A model generated the notes under the pieces. The model was not told the DNA's origin. It saw nothing but the letters and a program-made list of their open reading frames with translations, and searched no databases. A program made the position numbers and the translations under genes. This document shows positions 47,501 to 59,749 of a stretch of 64,000 nucleotides of DNA, piece by piece (within the stretch, counting starts at the first letter, position 1; each line of letters begins with the position of its first letter). This stretch comes from Polymyxa betae A26-41 (taxonomy: Eukaryota; Protista; Endomyxa: Phytomyxea): positions 20,282 to 84,281 of the forward strand of contig RBZT01000234.1 of NCBI GenBank assembly GCA_003693705.1, written 5' to 3'.

Positions 47501-48971
47501 TACGAGAAGGATCTTAGACACCATGTGGGCAGCATGCATATCATGTAAGGCGAATTTATGTGCAGTAAAATCACCACCATGGTCGGCATAAATGCCTCGT
47601 GAATCAACTGCAACGCTGAAGAAGATGTTGTTATGAAGATAGACATGGCTAGATCTAGCAGAGGGCTCAGAATAGCGAGAAGGAGCAGCATGCAGAGGCC
47701 ATACTTCGGTTCGTTGATGTTCAAAGGAGCGATCTCGCCTTGAACAACAGCAACGGAGCCAGCGATAGCACTGTTGACAAAATCTACATAAACTTCTCAG
47801 CTGAAAGGATGAAGCAGATCTCAGACGGTATACCGGCATAGGTCTTATACTGGTTTCGGAATCGGGCGAGAGCGTGTTCCGCCGTATTTTCGCCAGGTTG
47901 GTCAATCCAGACAAGGAATTCGTCGTTCCAGTTACGTTCTGTTTTGATGCCCTCGTAGAGCATCGAATGCTGATTGATCTTCGGGGCAACATAGATGGAG
48001 GCCCCCGCCGAGGGAATCGGCGATGGTGCTTGCATCAGTGGATGTAGAAGCGATGTCTCCGACATGAGCTTATTGAACTCGGTTCGGAAAGCCTGGCTGC
48101 ACTTCATAAGCACGGCAGCAAGCGTCGTGGAGCGATGTCCAGTTCGTAATTTACACGAAGCTGTGCAAGAAAAAACTTGTTAACGACACCTAACACAACA
48201 AATTTCTGATAGTACATACGATCAAATACACCATTGCGGGTCTTATTGACGAAAAATCCAGCTTGCGTTCCAGATATATGGATCACGTTGCTTTCGGCCA
48301 ACTGAACATCTAGATAGATCAAATCGCCCTGCAGACGACGAGGGCCGACTGGCGGGTCGTGCTCCGATTTGCGAATAAGAACGGATGATATGGGCGAGTA
48401 CGAATCATCATTTGCCTCCTGATATTAAGTTAGACATTCGAATCTTATAGCGTTTTGGCAATACGCATTCAGATTGGGACGCCTCTTCAACTGAAAAAGC
48501 AAGCGGTGTGACAGGCTTCTCATTCACATCATTCGTGTTGCTCTCCACTAAATGCTTCAACCAATTTTCGATGGAGCTGTAGCAAGTGAATCTACAGCCA
48601 AAGTTTGGGAATGCGTTTCATACAGGTTTTTAGCCGGATGTCGAAGCAAATCCTGGAAGCGTTGAACATGCTCACGAATGGTAGCGAATGTATAAGGAAT
48701 CTCGGCGATTTTGAAATGACGTCTTTCAGAACCAATCTATAAACAGTGAGCCAAGAAGCAGTCTCTGACAGATACCAGAATCAACCTGTTCATAGTCAGA
48801 GCAAACGCTGCCTTCAAACTCAAGATTATACGATGTGAAGGTGCAGAACGTTGGGCATTCAAGCAAAGCAGTTCGCAAATCGACAAACAGGTCGGTTGGT
48901 GCTATTTGAAGACAGGCGGTCGACGCTGATCCCGAGCCTGGACCGACAATGGTGACCTCAACGATCTCCAT
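44522..48971 (-). CDS. CLU1: Clustered mitochondria protein (CLU1/TIF31/CLUH)
   Basis: GDLIYLDV, RNWNDEF, YLHNNIFFS, VVDYAGVRLVCQAIIPGIL, HSHGVNMRYLG, EMLVRSCKH, followed by TPR-like repeats. Confidence 0.92.
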
Positions 48972-49093
48972 CGAGGCAGTTGGTTATTATGGAGCAATTG
49001 ATGGTGATATCGAAGCGGACTGCGTATTGCAAACCCTGGTCCATGTCAAAGAGGGGAACACTTGGTTACGCACCATCACTGCAATCTGTGAAC

Positions 49094-49125
49094 TAGGGTT
49101 TGTCGGAGGACTGTCTCTAGGGTTT
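49094..49125 (-). promoter_or_regulatory. Two telo-box-like AAACCCTA motifs upstream of CLU1
   Basis: tagggttt at 49094-49101 and 49118-49125, 120-155 bp upstream of the CLU1 ATG. Confidence 0.35.
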
Positions 49126-49616
49126 ACGTCAGTGCTCATTCAAACATTGTTCGCCGTCCTCACATGAAAGTCTTATCCGTCTTTGATTGGATACGAAATA
49201 AACCAGCATTGATTCAATATACTGTAATGAAATTGGCGCCAGATTGAAATCGATAATATCGCTTGAATCGCTGCCTATGAAGCATTTGTCTGGTCCCTTT
49301 AGCGACTATTAGACAGTTTGGCAAATGGTATTCAGATAAAGATCAGTGAATATACCTTACTCGGAATGTTATGGAGAACGTGATACAAGTTTGCGGTTTT
49401 CTTGTGAAACTTGAAATTCCGTGAACGTCATTCACTGCTCTGGGCGTTATCAACCTCGTCATTTGCAATCGGAATTCATCTTATTTGTTTTTCTATCATT
49501 GAAATTAGCCCAGCTGTGCAGCTAGCTCACTCCAACCGGAGTCCCAAACGGAACAAAACGGCTGTCAACATCGCCCGAGCGATTGCACCGAGTTCGCTGC
49601 TTCTGATTACCATCTA

Positions 49617-52572
49617 ATGGCGGCTGGGTCTGTTGCCGATTCGAATGAGATTATTTCTCTAGAAGATGGCTGGAATCATTGTCTACAGACCGGAATCAAT
49701 CCGCTGCTGCAGCGAATCGAGACTGCTTTTGATGATATCGAATTCGAACGCTGCACAATCAAAGCCTCTACTTATATGGAGGTTTATGAGTGAGTCTTTT
49801 TTTCATTTTTTTCTGGAGTTCATACTTTAATACTCATCTAGCAAAGTTTTCAAAATGTGTATCCAACGTGATCCTGATAACCATAGCGAAGCCCTTTATA
49901 ATCGTTTATCGCAAGCAGTTCGAGCATATCTACAAGACACAGTTATGCCAGAGATGGTGAAAGCCAGAAACTCCAACGAAATTCTGTTTCTTCGCGAATG
50001 GACCAAACGCTGGAATTACCAGAAAATGCTGGTTAAAGGCCTTGCTGGAATGTTCACATATCTGGTTCGAATTGCTGGATATTTCGCTTCCTATGATTTG
50101 TTTACCTGTAAAATTCAGGATCGCTTTTTCGTTCCAAATTCCGAGGATAGGTTGAATTTAAGTGAACAAGGTTTTACTCTGTTCCGAAATGAGATCTACG
50201 ACGGTTTTCATGCCTCTGCTAAAGATGCGATTCTGAATGCAGTGACAAAGGTTCGGCTTGATGGTTTTGTAGATTTTTTCTTCTTATCTTAAACAGGAAC
50301 GTGAAGGAGAGCAGCAAGATAATGATCTTCTGCAGTCTGCGGTTCTTGTGTTCGTCGAATTGGGAATGCGGTTAAGCAGCGTCGAGTTGCAGCTGTATTA
50401 TATATCAAGACATTGGTTTATAATTTACTGATTATGCAAATAGATACGAAGAGAATCTAGAATCTAACCTAATCGAGCTGTCAAAGCAGTTTTATATGAA
50501 TTGTGGACGACTCTGGATGGACAAAGAGGCCTGCCCAAACTATATGATTCTGGCTGAAGGTTCGCTTCGCAGCGAATCTCAGCGTGTTGACTCCTATCTC
50601 TATCCCTCAACCAAAGCGAAATTAATTCAAGCCGTGCGTCATGAACTGCTCAAAGTTCACCAACTTGAACTGATGGATAAACCATCTGGCATCAACGCCA
50701 TGCTAGAAGGAGTGAAAACTGAGGTATTGAGCTATTCGTCAATTGTCCTTGAACTGATTTTGCCGTTTAGGATCTGTCCCGAATGTACCGATTGTTCAAA
50801 GAAGTCGAAGATGGTGTTAAGCATATCGCGAAGGCGTTGCGCGACCATGTCAAGAAGATCGGTATTGCTTATATCGACCAATCCAAAGAGGAACAGACTA
50901 CTGATAGAGCTGAACAACAATCTGCAAAGGACGAACATGACCTCATCAAGAAGCTGATCGCCCTGCATGATCTGTTTCTGAATGTCGTCAAGGACTGCTT
51001 TGCTTCTGACACTGTTATTGAGAAAGCTTTGCGAGAGGTACAACGTCCTTCGCTTTTTTATTGTGATCTAACGATTAAGTAGGCATTCGAAGACATCATC
51101 AATCGTGAATACTACACATCGAACTTGCTGGCTAAATTCGTTAACGCCGTACTGACGAAGGGATCTAGGGTTTGTTTGCACCAGGAATAACGAAATCATC
51201 GCTCAATTCGCGTCCATAGCTCTCTGTTGCTGCTTTGGAGCAAACCTTAGACCACGTTGTTATGCTTTATGGTGGGATTTTTGGAATCGTACTCTCCCGT
51301 CTTTCTCAGTCATGTAGGTTATATTCGAGATAAAGATATTTTCGAGGAGGAATATCAGACCTATTTGGCAAATCGTCTTCTGGGTCAGAAATCGGAGTCT
51401 CATCAAGCAGAAAAGACCACGATCGCTAAGTTAAAATCGGAGTGTGGTTATCACTGTAAATACTTCGACTGGTTCTATGAACGATTGTTCACTGTTCTCT
51501 AGGGACTTCAAAACTTGAATCAATGTTTAAAGATATTCAGCTTAGTGAAGAGCTGATGCAGGCGTTTGTCTCTCAAGTCGGGAAGCAGTTTACAACTGAG
51601 CTAACCGTAAATAAACATGTCGAGTATTTGTTTCGTCATTGTTTAACGTTTGCAGGTGAATATTTGCACCATGGGCCGGTGGCCAAATGCTGTTCTCCCC
51701 CCTTGTCACATGCCCAAGCAGATCAAAAGGCTGACCGACACCTTCAAGATGTTTTATCTCAATAGACATAGCGGTAAAAAGATTGAATACCAAATGGACA
51801 AGGGCGAGGCAGATGTTGCTGTGCGATTTGGTGCTCCCAATTCGAAATCGAGCACTCGATTGCTCGTTGTTTCTACGTTCCAGATGGTTGTGTTGCTGAT
51901 GTATAACGAAAAGCTGGAGTTCACCTTTCAGGTGGGCATTATGTATCAGCTCTTGCTCGCAGACTAAATACTGCAGGAAATCCTTGATGCCACTGGTATT
52001 CCAAGATCAGAGCTTGAAGTTCATGTATTGTCCTTAGCTCATCCGAAGGTAATTTTTTTCGGTGTGTCCAGGTTTTTGGCTTAACGATAATTATTTAGGT
52101 GAAAGTTCTGATCAAAACTCCAAATACAAAGGAAATCCGTCCAGAACATGCTTTTGCCCTGAATACTGCTTATACGTCGAAATTGTTCAGAGTCAAGGTT
52201 CCCTTAATGAAGGTGATTGCAGGATGTTCCATTTTTGCCACTTTCAAGGTTTAATCTTCGGTATAGGCCCCGTCAAAGAAGAGTGCTGAAATAGATCCCA
52301 AATTGCAGACTCAGCGTCGCCATCAAATTGATGCTGCCATTGTTCGGATTATGAAAACTCGCCAACGGCTTGCTCATAATCAGTTGATTTCTGAGGTTGA
52401 ATTCCCGAGTCTGTTTATTTGCCATTTTTGATGTTCCGACTAGGTCATCAAGCAGCTGCAGCGCTTCAAGCCAGCTGCTGCTGATATCAAGAGGCGAATC
52501 GAGCATTTGATCGAACAAGAATATCTGGAGCGCGACGAGAAGGATCGACGTATGTATAACTATCTAGCCTGA
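49617..52572 (+). CDS. Cullin (CUL1-like N-terminus)
   Basis: IISLEDGW, MFTYLDRFF, YIRDKDIFEEEYQTYLANRLL, KLKSECG, MFKDI and the neddylation domain IDAAIVRIMKTR...IEHLIEQEYLERD...YNYLA-stop. Confidence 0.95.
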
Positions 52573-52733
52573 GAATTAAAATATAATATATGCATATGGG
52601 CAGTGAAATGTATTCCATATCGATTGTCATTAATGTTGAAACACTGTCGGGTAGACGCAAGGAGGATTCTCTGGTGATCAATTCAGATTCCTCCACGAAA
52701 CCTCATACTAGCAGGCGGTCACACTGAACAGAG

Positions 52734-54860
52734 ATGGTGCAAATTGGCTCAAATGTTCCATCCGATGACTTCAGAGATATGGAGTGTCGGCGGCGGAAAC
52801 TTAGTATTGATACGAATATGCCTTTAATAGTCGAGCCCAAATCCATCCGAAATATATCGATTTCATGTCAGGAATTGAAACCCCGTTCGCCCCATCTGCT
52901 CTCTCCGTACTTATCATCTCCTAATTTGTTTGAATGGAAAGAGTTAAAGCCAGAAAATGGTGAAAATCCACCCGAAATGTCAGGCATCTCTGCTAATTTC
53001 GTTGATGATATTTTGTATATTTTCGGTGGATACCACGCTCCCAATCAATTCGATGGCTCCGCTCAAGACATCTTGTATACTTACGATATTCACCAACGAT
53101 CTTGGACGAACGTGAAAACGACCGGCTCTCGTCCATCCCCAAGAACAAGCCATTCTACAGTTGTTGATGAACTTGCTAATAAGCTTTACGTCATTTGTGG
53201 TTCCGGATCCTACTTTGGAGCAACGAACCACAGCGATGTATTTGAGCTCAATTTAGCATTGCACTCGTGGCGTCGACTTCACTTTACTGGTCCGGAATTA
53301 TCGCCAAGATACGGCCAAACGGCCGTTCTGTATTCTGATCAAATTTATATTTTCGGTGGAACTTCCGGGCGAGAATTCAGCCAGGAATTTTTCAGTCTCA
53401 ATTTGAAAACTTTGTGCTCTCGAAAACTTCCCATGATCGGTTCTGTTCCTTCTCCTCGTTATAAACATGCCGCCGGAATCTTTGATCGCGACAAGATGCT
53501 GATCTTTGGTGGTTCCGAACACCATAATCGTTACTTGGACGATGTTTACGCTGTCAATCTCAATTCTTTAATTTGGATACGCATGGAATGCCATGGAACA
53601 AAACCCGGCGGAAGATTTGCTCATGGTTTTTGCATCCATAACGATAAAGCTTTCGTTTTTGGTGGTAATGAAGATCAAGGCGCAGACTTGTACATTCTTT
53701 ACATTCATGCCAGAAAATGGACCAAGATCGACTGCTCCGGGAGCATTCCTCGCGGTCGCCTGTTCATTGGGATGACCTTCGATCACAGCAGGTCTACCCT
53801 GATGGTTTGGGGTGGCAAAGAAGCATCAGCAAACCCTCGTCGGGTCAGCACTCTGCATGCCATGATCGTCGAAAAGGGGAAAGACTCAAGCGACTACTCA
53901 TCGTTGTCTGACGATCTGATCAGCCTGCTGCGAAGCGGCATGGACTCCGACTTGATCGTTAACGACCTCTATTCAGCTCATCAGTTGATAATGAGATGTC
54001 GCTGCCCGCAATTAGCAGACTGTATTGTGTATGGTGAACGCGGCCCCTCCCTTAGGCTGCCCTATCACAACAGTGCCATTCAAGTTCTGCTGCATTTCAT
54101 ATATAGTGACGAGATCCCTCATGACCCTGTTGATGAAGACGTTTTGCTATCCACATTGATCGCCGCATGCGATTTAGGTTTTCCAAGATTGACCGCGCTT
54201 TGTGACCGATGCCTTCGCCGAAGAATAACGCTGGAAAGAGCAGTTCGATGGTTGCAGATACTGAATGGAGACGATAGAGTATTGCTTGTCAGTGTCTTGA
54301 ACGTGTACATCGAATCGCATCAGCCTAGAGAAGGCGAGAGATCATCTGTGGATTTGTTTCCTATTATACCTCGTGTTGAAATCCCACACTCCACGCTTAG
54401 ATTAGATTTCTGCAGACTGAGAAAAATGTCATGGATCGAGGCAGACACCGAATCAATACCATTTGATCTACGCTTTCAATGTGGACAATCGAAGAAGAGG
54501 CTCTATGCTCATCGGCTTATTCTGTCAACAAGATCGCGTTATTTTGGGTCCTTTGCGTTTAGAGAAGGAATGAGAGAAGGCGCTACAGGTCTCTGTAAAT
54601 TCCCACCTCCAACAGAGGGAGTTTTGTCGTCAAGGGCTCTGGAAGCACTTCTTGATTACTTATATTGCGATGGGATTAAGGTGGATGAAGAAGAGGCCAA
54701 AGAGTTATTACGAATAGACGTGGTGAACTTTTTTGGACTGACAACCAAGCACTTAAAGAATATGCTGAAAGCAAGGCTCGATAGTGGCGAAGAAGTTAAT
54801 TTTATGTTCCCCTATGATTCGGCTAATCCTGAACCGATAAAAAGGTGTTCTCTATCTTGA
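52734..54860 (+). CDS. Kelch-repeat + tandem BTB protein (LZTR1-like architecture), intronless
   Basis: Six Kelch blades (YIFGG, PSPRTSHS, PRYGQT, PRYKHA) and two BTB domains (SAHQLIMRCRC...FIYSD; YAHRLILSTRSRYF...YLYCD). Confidence 0.93.
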   Translation: MVQIGSNVPSDDFRDMECRRRKLSIDTNMPLIVEPKSIRNISISCQELKPRSPHLLSPYLSSPNLFEWKELKPENGENPPEMSGISANFVDDILYIFGGYHAPNQFDGSAQDILYTYDIHQRSWTNVKTTGSRPSPRTSHSTVVDELANKLYVICGSGSYFGATNHSDVFELNLALHSWRRLHFTGPELSPRYGQTAVLYSDQIYIFGGTSGREFSQEFFSLNLKTLCSRKLPMIGSVPSPRYKHAAGIFDRDKMLIFGGSEHHNRYLDDVYAVNLNSLIWIRMECHGTKPGGRFAHGFCIHNDKAFVFGGNEDQGADLYILYIHARKWTKIDCSGSIPRGRLFIGMTFDHSRSTLMVWGGKEASANPRRVSTLHAMIVEKGKDSSDYSSLSDDLISLLRSGMDSDLIVNDLYSAHQLIMRCRCPQLADCIVYGERGPSLRLPYHNSAIQVLLHFIYSDEIPHDPVDEDVLLSTLIAACDLGFPRLTALCDRCLRRRITLERAVRWLQILNGDDRVLLVSVLNVYIESHQPREGERSSVDLFPIIPRVEIPHSTLRLDFCRLRKMSWIEADTESIPFDLRFQCGQSKKRLYAHRLILSTRSRYFGSFAFREGMREGATGLCKFPPPTEGVLSSRALEALLDYLYCDGIKVDEEEAKELLRIDVVNFFGLTTKHLKNMLKARLDSGEEVNFMFPYDSANPEPIKRCSLS

Positions 54861-55088
54861 AAGAAATAAATAGATATAGCTAGTATGTTCGTAACATCAA
54901 TGGAAATTGTTCGAATTTCTGTTCAGAAATTTCATTTCCGTTGCGGGAGTATATTATATATGTCTCATGAATTCTCACAGAATTCATGGTATTACAGCTA
55001 AAGAAGTTGCAGAGCGAATCATGCGAACACCCTGATGGAATTTCGACGAGGATAGCGGAAGGTCTGATCCTGATTTTAAGGGAAAGTG

Positions 55089-58000
55089 TTATGGTTGGTC
55101 AGCTGAATGCAAGAATAGATTTCTGTCATTTCTTGGAGTGTTAGGTAACGTCGTTAGGCTTACAGAGAATCTGGGCTCTAATACAAAGGATATCTTCTCA
55201 TTTTCATGAGATTCCTCAGGGACAGGTTCAGCAATTGTTGCCGGTTTTGGCAGACCGGTAAATTCGGGAATCGGAACAAAAGTTGCCATCGTGTTCATGA
55301 CATATTTAATTCGTTCTCTATCGGCTGGTTGCAAGGCCGGATTCTCTTGCAGTTCTTGCAAAATCCCGATTGAGGCCCGCTGGTGCTTGTAGCCTTCCAT
55401 AAACTTGTCTTCAGAAGATACAGTCCTGCTTGAGGTCCGCCTTTCATTAATCTCTACACCGGACGGTCGCATTTCAGAAAAAGTCAAAGACACTTTCAGG
55501 TTCGGATGATGCTGTTCCTCGTCATTGCCAACAGTAATACTGCCTGGATCAATATTAGACATAATTGTTGGCAATCCGCTTCGATCAGCTTTTATCGGAT
55601 CCTTTTTCGATCGATCCGCAAAGCAGCAGAAGATCTTCCTGAAAGCGAACTGTTTAGTCTTCGTTTCGGGAATGTCATTGCTGGCCACGGTCAGTCCAGG
55701 AGGTGAAGTGACACGCTCATCAGCCCATTTAATTGGCGACATAGACATCATGTTGAACGAAGACCTCGATATTCGCGATGTTGAAATTCGCGATGGGATA
55801 ACAGTTGACTTCCTTGTACCAGAAGCCGACAGGTAATCATCAAATTGTGTAGAGTTGGCTCCTGAGAGAACAATATGCCTGCTCAATACCATTTGCTCTT
55901 GCTCAACGTCGTCGCTTTCTTGGAGATGTGCTTGTATGTAATCGCAGCATATCCGATGAAGCTTTTGTCTTTGCTTATAAAGCATGATCTGGTACAAAAA
56001 ATCGCGAACGAAACCGTAAGAGAATCGGTATGTCTTAGCATCAGCGGAAGCATCATTCATAGTGTATGGAATTGGTTCATGATTCATCTCCTCGTCGAAA
56101 TCGATTGGAATCAATTCATCCCTTATCTCGTCTTCATTCCCTCCAGGAGTAATATCATTAATTGTGTTAGGTGATGCAGTAGTAGGTTGGTCGATTTGAC
56201 CTCCAGATTCTTCAAACACAACCCCAAATTTGATCAGTGCCCTGATGTCGGATGATATAGTACTGATATACTCGTGAATTGGATTGGTGAGGCGAACCAT
56301 GGCTAAATTGAATCGCAACGCTCCTTCTCCTTGCGCAATGCAAATGACCGCTGCAATTTTCAGTAGCATTGTTTGGGAAGGTGTTAGACGATCTATTTGG
56401 CATGCTGTTATGCGTTGAATGCGATAGGGAATAGGCAATTCTGTATCCCATTCTCCTCTGGTTCGCCATTCGGCAGAAAGCTGACATTTATCTTCCATAA
56501 CCTACGAAAAGCGATTAAGAACTTGTATATCTCACCGAAGCATATAATTGATACCAGAGCATTGACAGCCAATAGGGCATCCATGAATTTGACACAAAAT
56601 AATGGTCGACCACCAGTTCTTTCGTAAATGAGCGAAATCAGCTGTGCATCAGCTTCAAGTCCACCAGTTTTTGATTCGATCAAGTCTTTAGTCTCGTTCA
56701 TTCCAAGATTATCCAGTACCACGTTGCTGTACGTTGGGCCAGCTCTTAATTCAAAGTATTGAGCTGGTATTTGGCCCCAAAGAGGGCGATACTTTTCATG
56801 GTCCAATGGTCTTGTACCAACCATGAGAGAGATGGAGGTTAAAGACTTGTTCTCAACCATTGAGCATAGTGACCCCAGTACCTCCCACGAATCTTGACCA
56901 ACCCACCTATGGATAGATAAGCTGGCAATCCACGATCACGGAATGTCAAGCAGCAAGAGCTCAACAAATTTAAAATTAACTGCACTTACTGGCATTCATC
57001 GAATATCAAGAGCAATTTCTTGCTCGGTTGCTGGACAGACCGGAGAATATTCACAATGACATCCAGAAGCTTTGAAGACAAATCCTCGTCATCAATATAC
57101 GACAGTGTCCTTTGCAAAGGCGGCTGGCTCGTTCTTCTAGTGCAATCACCCTCGAACGGATTAATGAGGTCCAAGATTGGAACCAGGTCAGGTCGGTTAG
57201 CATCCAACAGAATGGTTGCCAAGTCGGTCTGCTCTGAGTTGGACTTTTGTAATGACAATATTGATATAAGGCTTGAGAAAAAACTCTGAAATATTTGTAT
57301 GGACTTCATTGAGCTGAAAGGATCAGCTCGACCCCATACTATCGCCAACTTCTCATTGTACTGGAACGACAAATGGCCTAAAAAAACCAAATCAATACAG
57401 CTCTCAAAAGCAGCTTCTTTGAAAACAGACATCATAACGGAAATCTACTTACGTAGAAGGTGCGTTTTGCCGACGCCAATTTCTCCAGTTATACAAGCAA
57501 CGAATCCTTCTCCGGATTCGGAAAGGAACTCATCGAGGAGCGACGAAATGCGTGAAATTTCCGTTTTAAGACCAACAGTGATTTTGCATTTAGGGGCTGG
57601 CTGAAACCTCTCTAGCCTGAGCAATTTCAAACATTGAGTGCGATAACAGTAAAGTCGCAAAAAAGAAAGTGAACCTAATTGCAAACTCTGGCTGGTGGAC
57701 AACGACGGTCTCGGTTTTGCCTTTCACGTGAATTGGGGGCGGAGTGCAGAATTGAAGCCTTCTTTGATTCCTCGTGGCCAAAAATGTGGCATGATCACAT
57801 AGCACATTACAATCGCTTGCTTGCATAAGCCTTGCAGATAAATTCACGAGGTCTCCTAATACTGAGTATTCCCGACGGGAGCCACTCCCAACTAAACCAC
57901 AAAGGGCTAATCCTGAAGTCACACCAATTTTGCATTTCAAATTCATTTTGCTCATGGCATCCTGAATTGTTAAGCTAGCTAGAACAGCACGAGTTGGATC

Positions 58001-59098
58001 ATTCTCGTGCGCTAACGGAGGTAACCCAAAGACTACCAACAGAGTACTGCCTTTGTCATCAACCAGAAACTTATTTAGACTGCCTTCGTACCGATAGGTC
58101 GCTTCTTGAATAGCTGATACCACCTTTTGCATCAAATCCAGTGGGGTGGCAATGCCATCAATATTGTTGAAATCCTCCAGTTTGAAGCCCAGATTGATAA
58201 AAATAACAGAGACTTGACGAAGTTCAGCAGACCATAGTTTTTGGTTCACTTTCAAGTAAGGTAAAACGGCAGCAGGGACATAAGCTTGCAACAAATCCAT
58301 CGATCCCTTGTTCCATTGCAACGGCGTTCTTCTGACGCTGATATTACGAATAGCATGTTTACAGCCTTTCAGACGGACGTTATATTCGTCAATCTGCTCT
58401 CCCGAAAATTTTGTTTGCACCAAATTCCAAGCCTCGATCGACATTATTGCATCACCCGCCGAAGCTTTATGCTCGGCTCGGAAAGCCTGCATTAAAGGAG
58501 TGCCGGCGGCTAAGAACTCAATACGTCCATGGACGCCACCGACATGTAAAATGGTGACTCTTCCAACACCAATCCCCAATTTCAGTGACATCGTCACATG
58601 CTGCTCCAAAACGGCATTGTGAAGCTCGCTTTGAATATTCAAAGAACACGACGCAGCTCGATGAACCATATCGGCTAGATCTGTAGGCGACAGCGAGTCC
58701 TGCTCACTAGGCCATAGCACAACAATGGCGTCTCCTGCGAATTTAAAAACGTCGCCGCCACTTCGTGCTATAATCTTCACTAACTGCTCTAAATATCGAT
58801 TCAGGTAGAACCCGATTTCTTCGGCGCCTAAAGGTCCTTTTTTCGCTAATAAATCGGTTAGGGTAGTGAATCCGCTGACATCAGCAAATAGAGCAACAGT
58901 CTCGAATGATTGGCTGCAATAATGTTGATCTTATATGATACCACTACAAAAGCGTATATACCTTTGTGGTACTTTCAGTTCGCCATTATGCTCGACAACT
59001 TTCATAATATATCGTTTAACCGATTCTGGGACGAACGATGCCAACGAGGTGGCATATCTACGCTGCGTCGATATAGCACCGATATCCTCATCGGTCAT
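55089..59098 (-). CDS. Soluble adenylyl cyclase (ADCY10/sAC-like): two class III cyclase domains plus P-loop domain
   Basis: LFADVSGFT, GAEE, GGDVFKFAGDA, NKFLVDDKG, REYSVLGDLVNLSARLM, P-loop GEIGVGKT, LLIFDECQ, RTGGRPLF and QIDRL. The 5' end is uncertain. Confidence 0.92.
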
Positions 59099-59749
59099 CG
59101 CCGCAGATCTCAATAGATCTGGACGTAACACGATGATGAGATTCTAAAGCGGGTACTTGGGTCGGACTGGAGATCATATATAACAGGCGGGAGATTTCCA
59201 TAGATATTGTTGCAATAATATCCACGTAGTCAGCATTAGGGAAGAGCAAGTTCGAAATGTATTGATGATAGAAGAACGACATCGATTCGGGGTGTATGCA
59301 GTCCAGAATCCCAGTATACCCTGCGTTGCTATTACTATTAGAATGCCCTAAGATATGTTTGTACATAACAACATCTGCACTACCATGACGACCCAATACA
59401 TACGATCGAAATAGGAAACAACAATCAAATGCAGCACTATTCAATTGGATTTTCAGTTAGATCCGCTGAAAACAGTTCCAATAAACAGCATTTAAAAAAT
59501 GCTCCATTCCACGATGTGATCATTCAAGCTCGAGAGCGAGAGCGAAGTGAATGAATGTGGGCGAGAGGCCGTCTCAAACTGACTCTGGGTCTTTGCTAAT
59601 TGAAGCAAGCAGAAACAACAAGGCTTCCAACGCAGTTTCGATAACTGAGATAGTTCGAATAACCATGGATTACATTACACTCCATCTGTGTAAAAATTTT
59701 CCAGATCCGCACTCCGTCGTCGATTGCCTCCTTGGATGCATTGAAAGAA

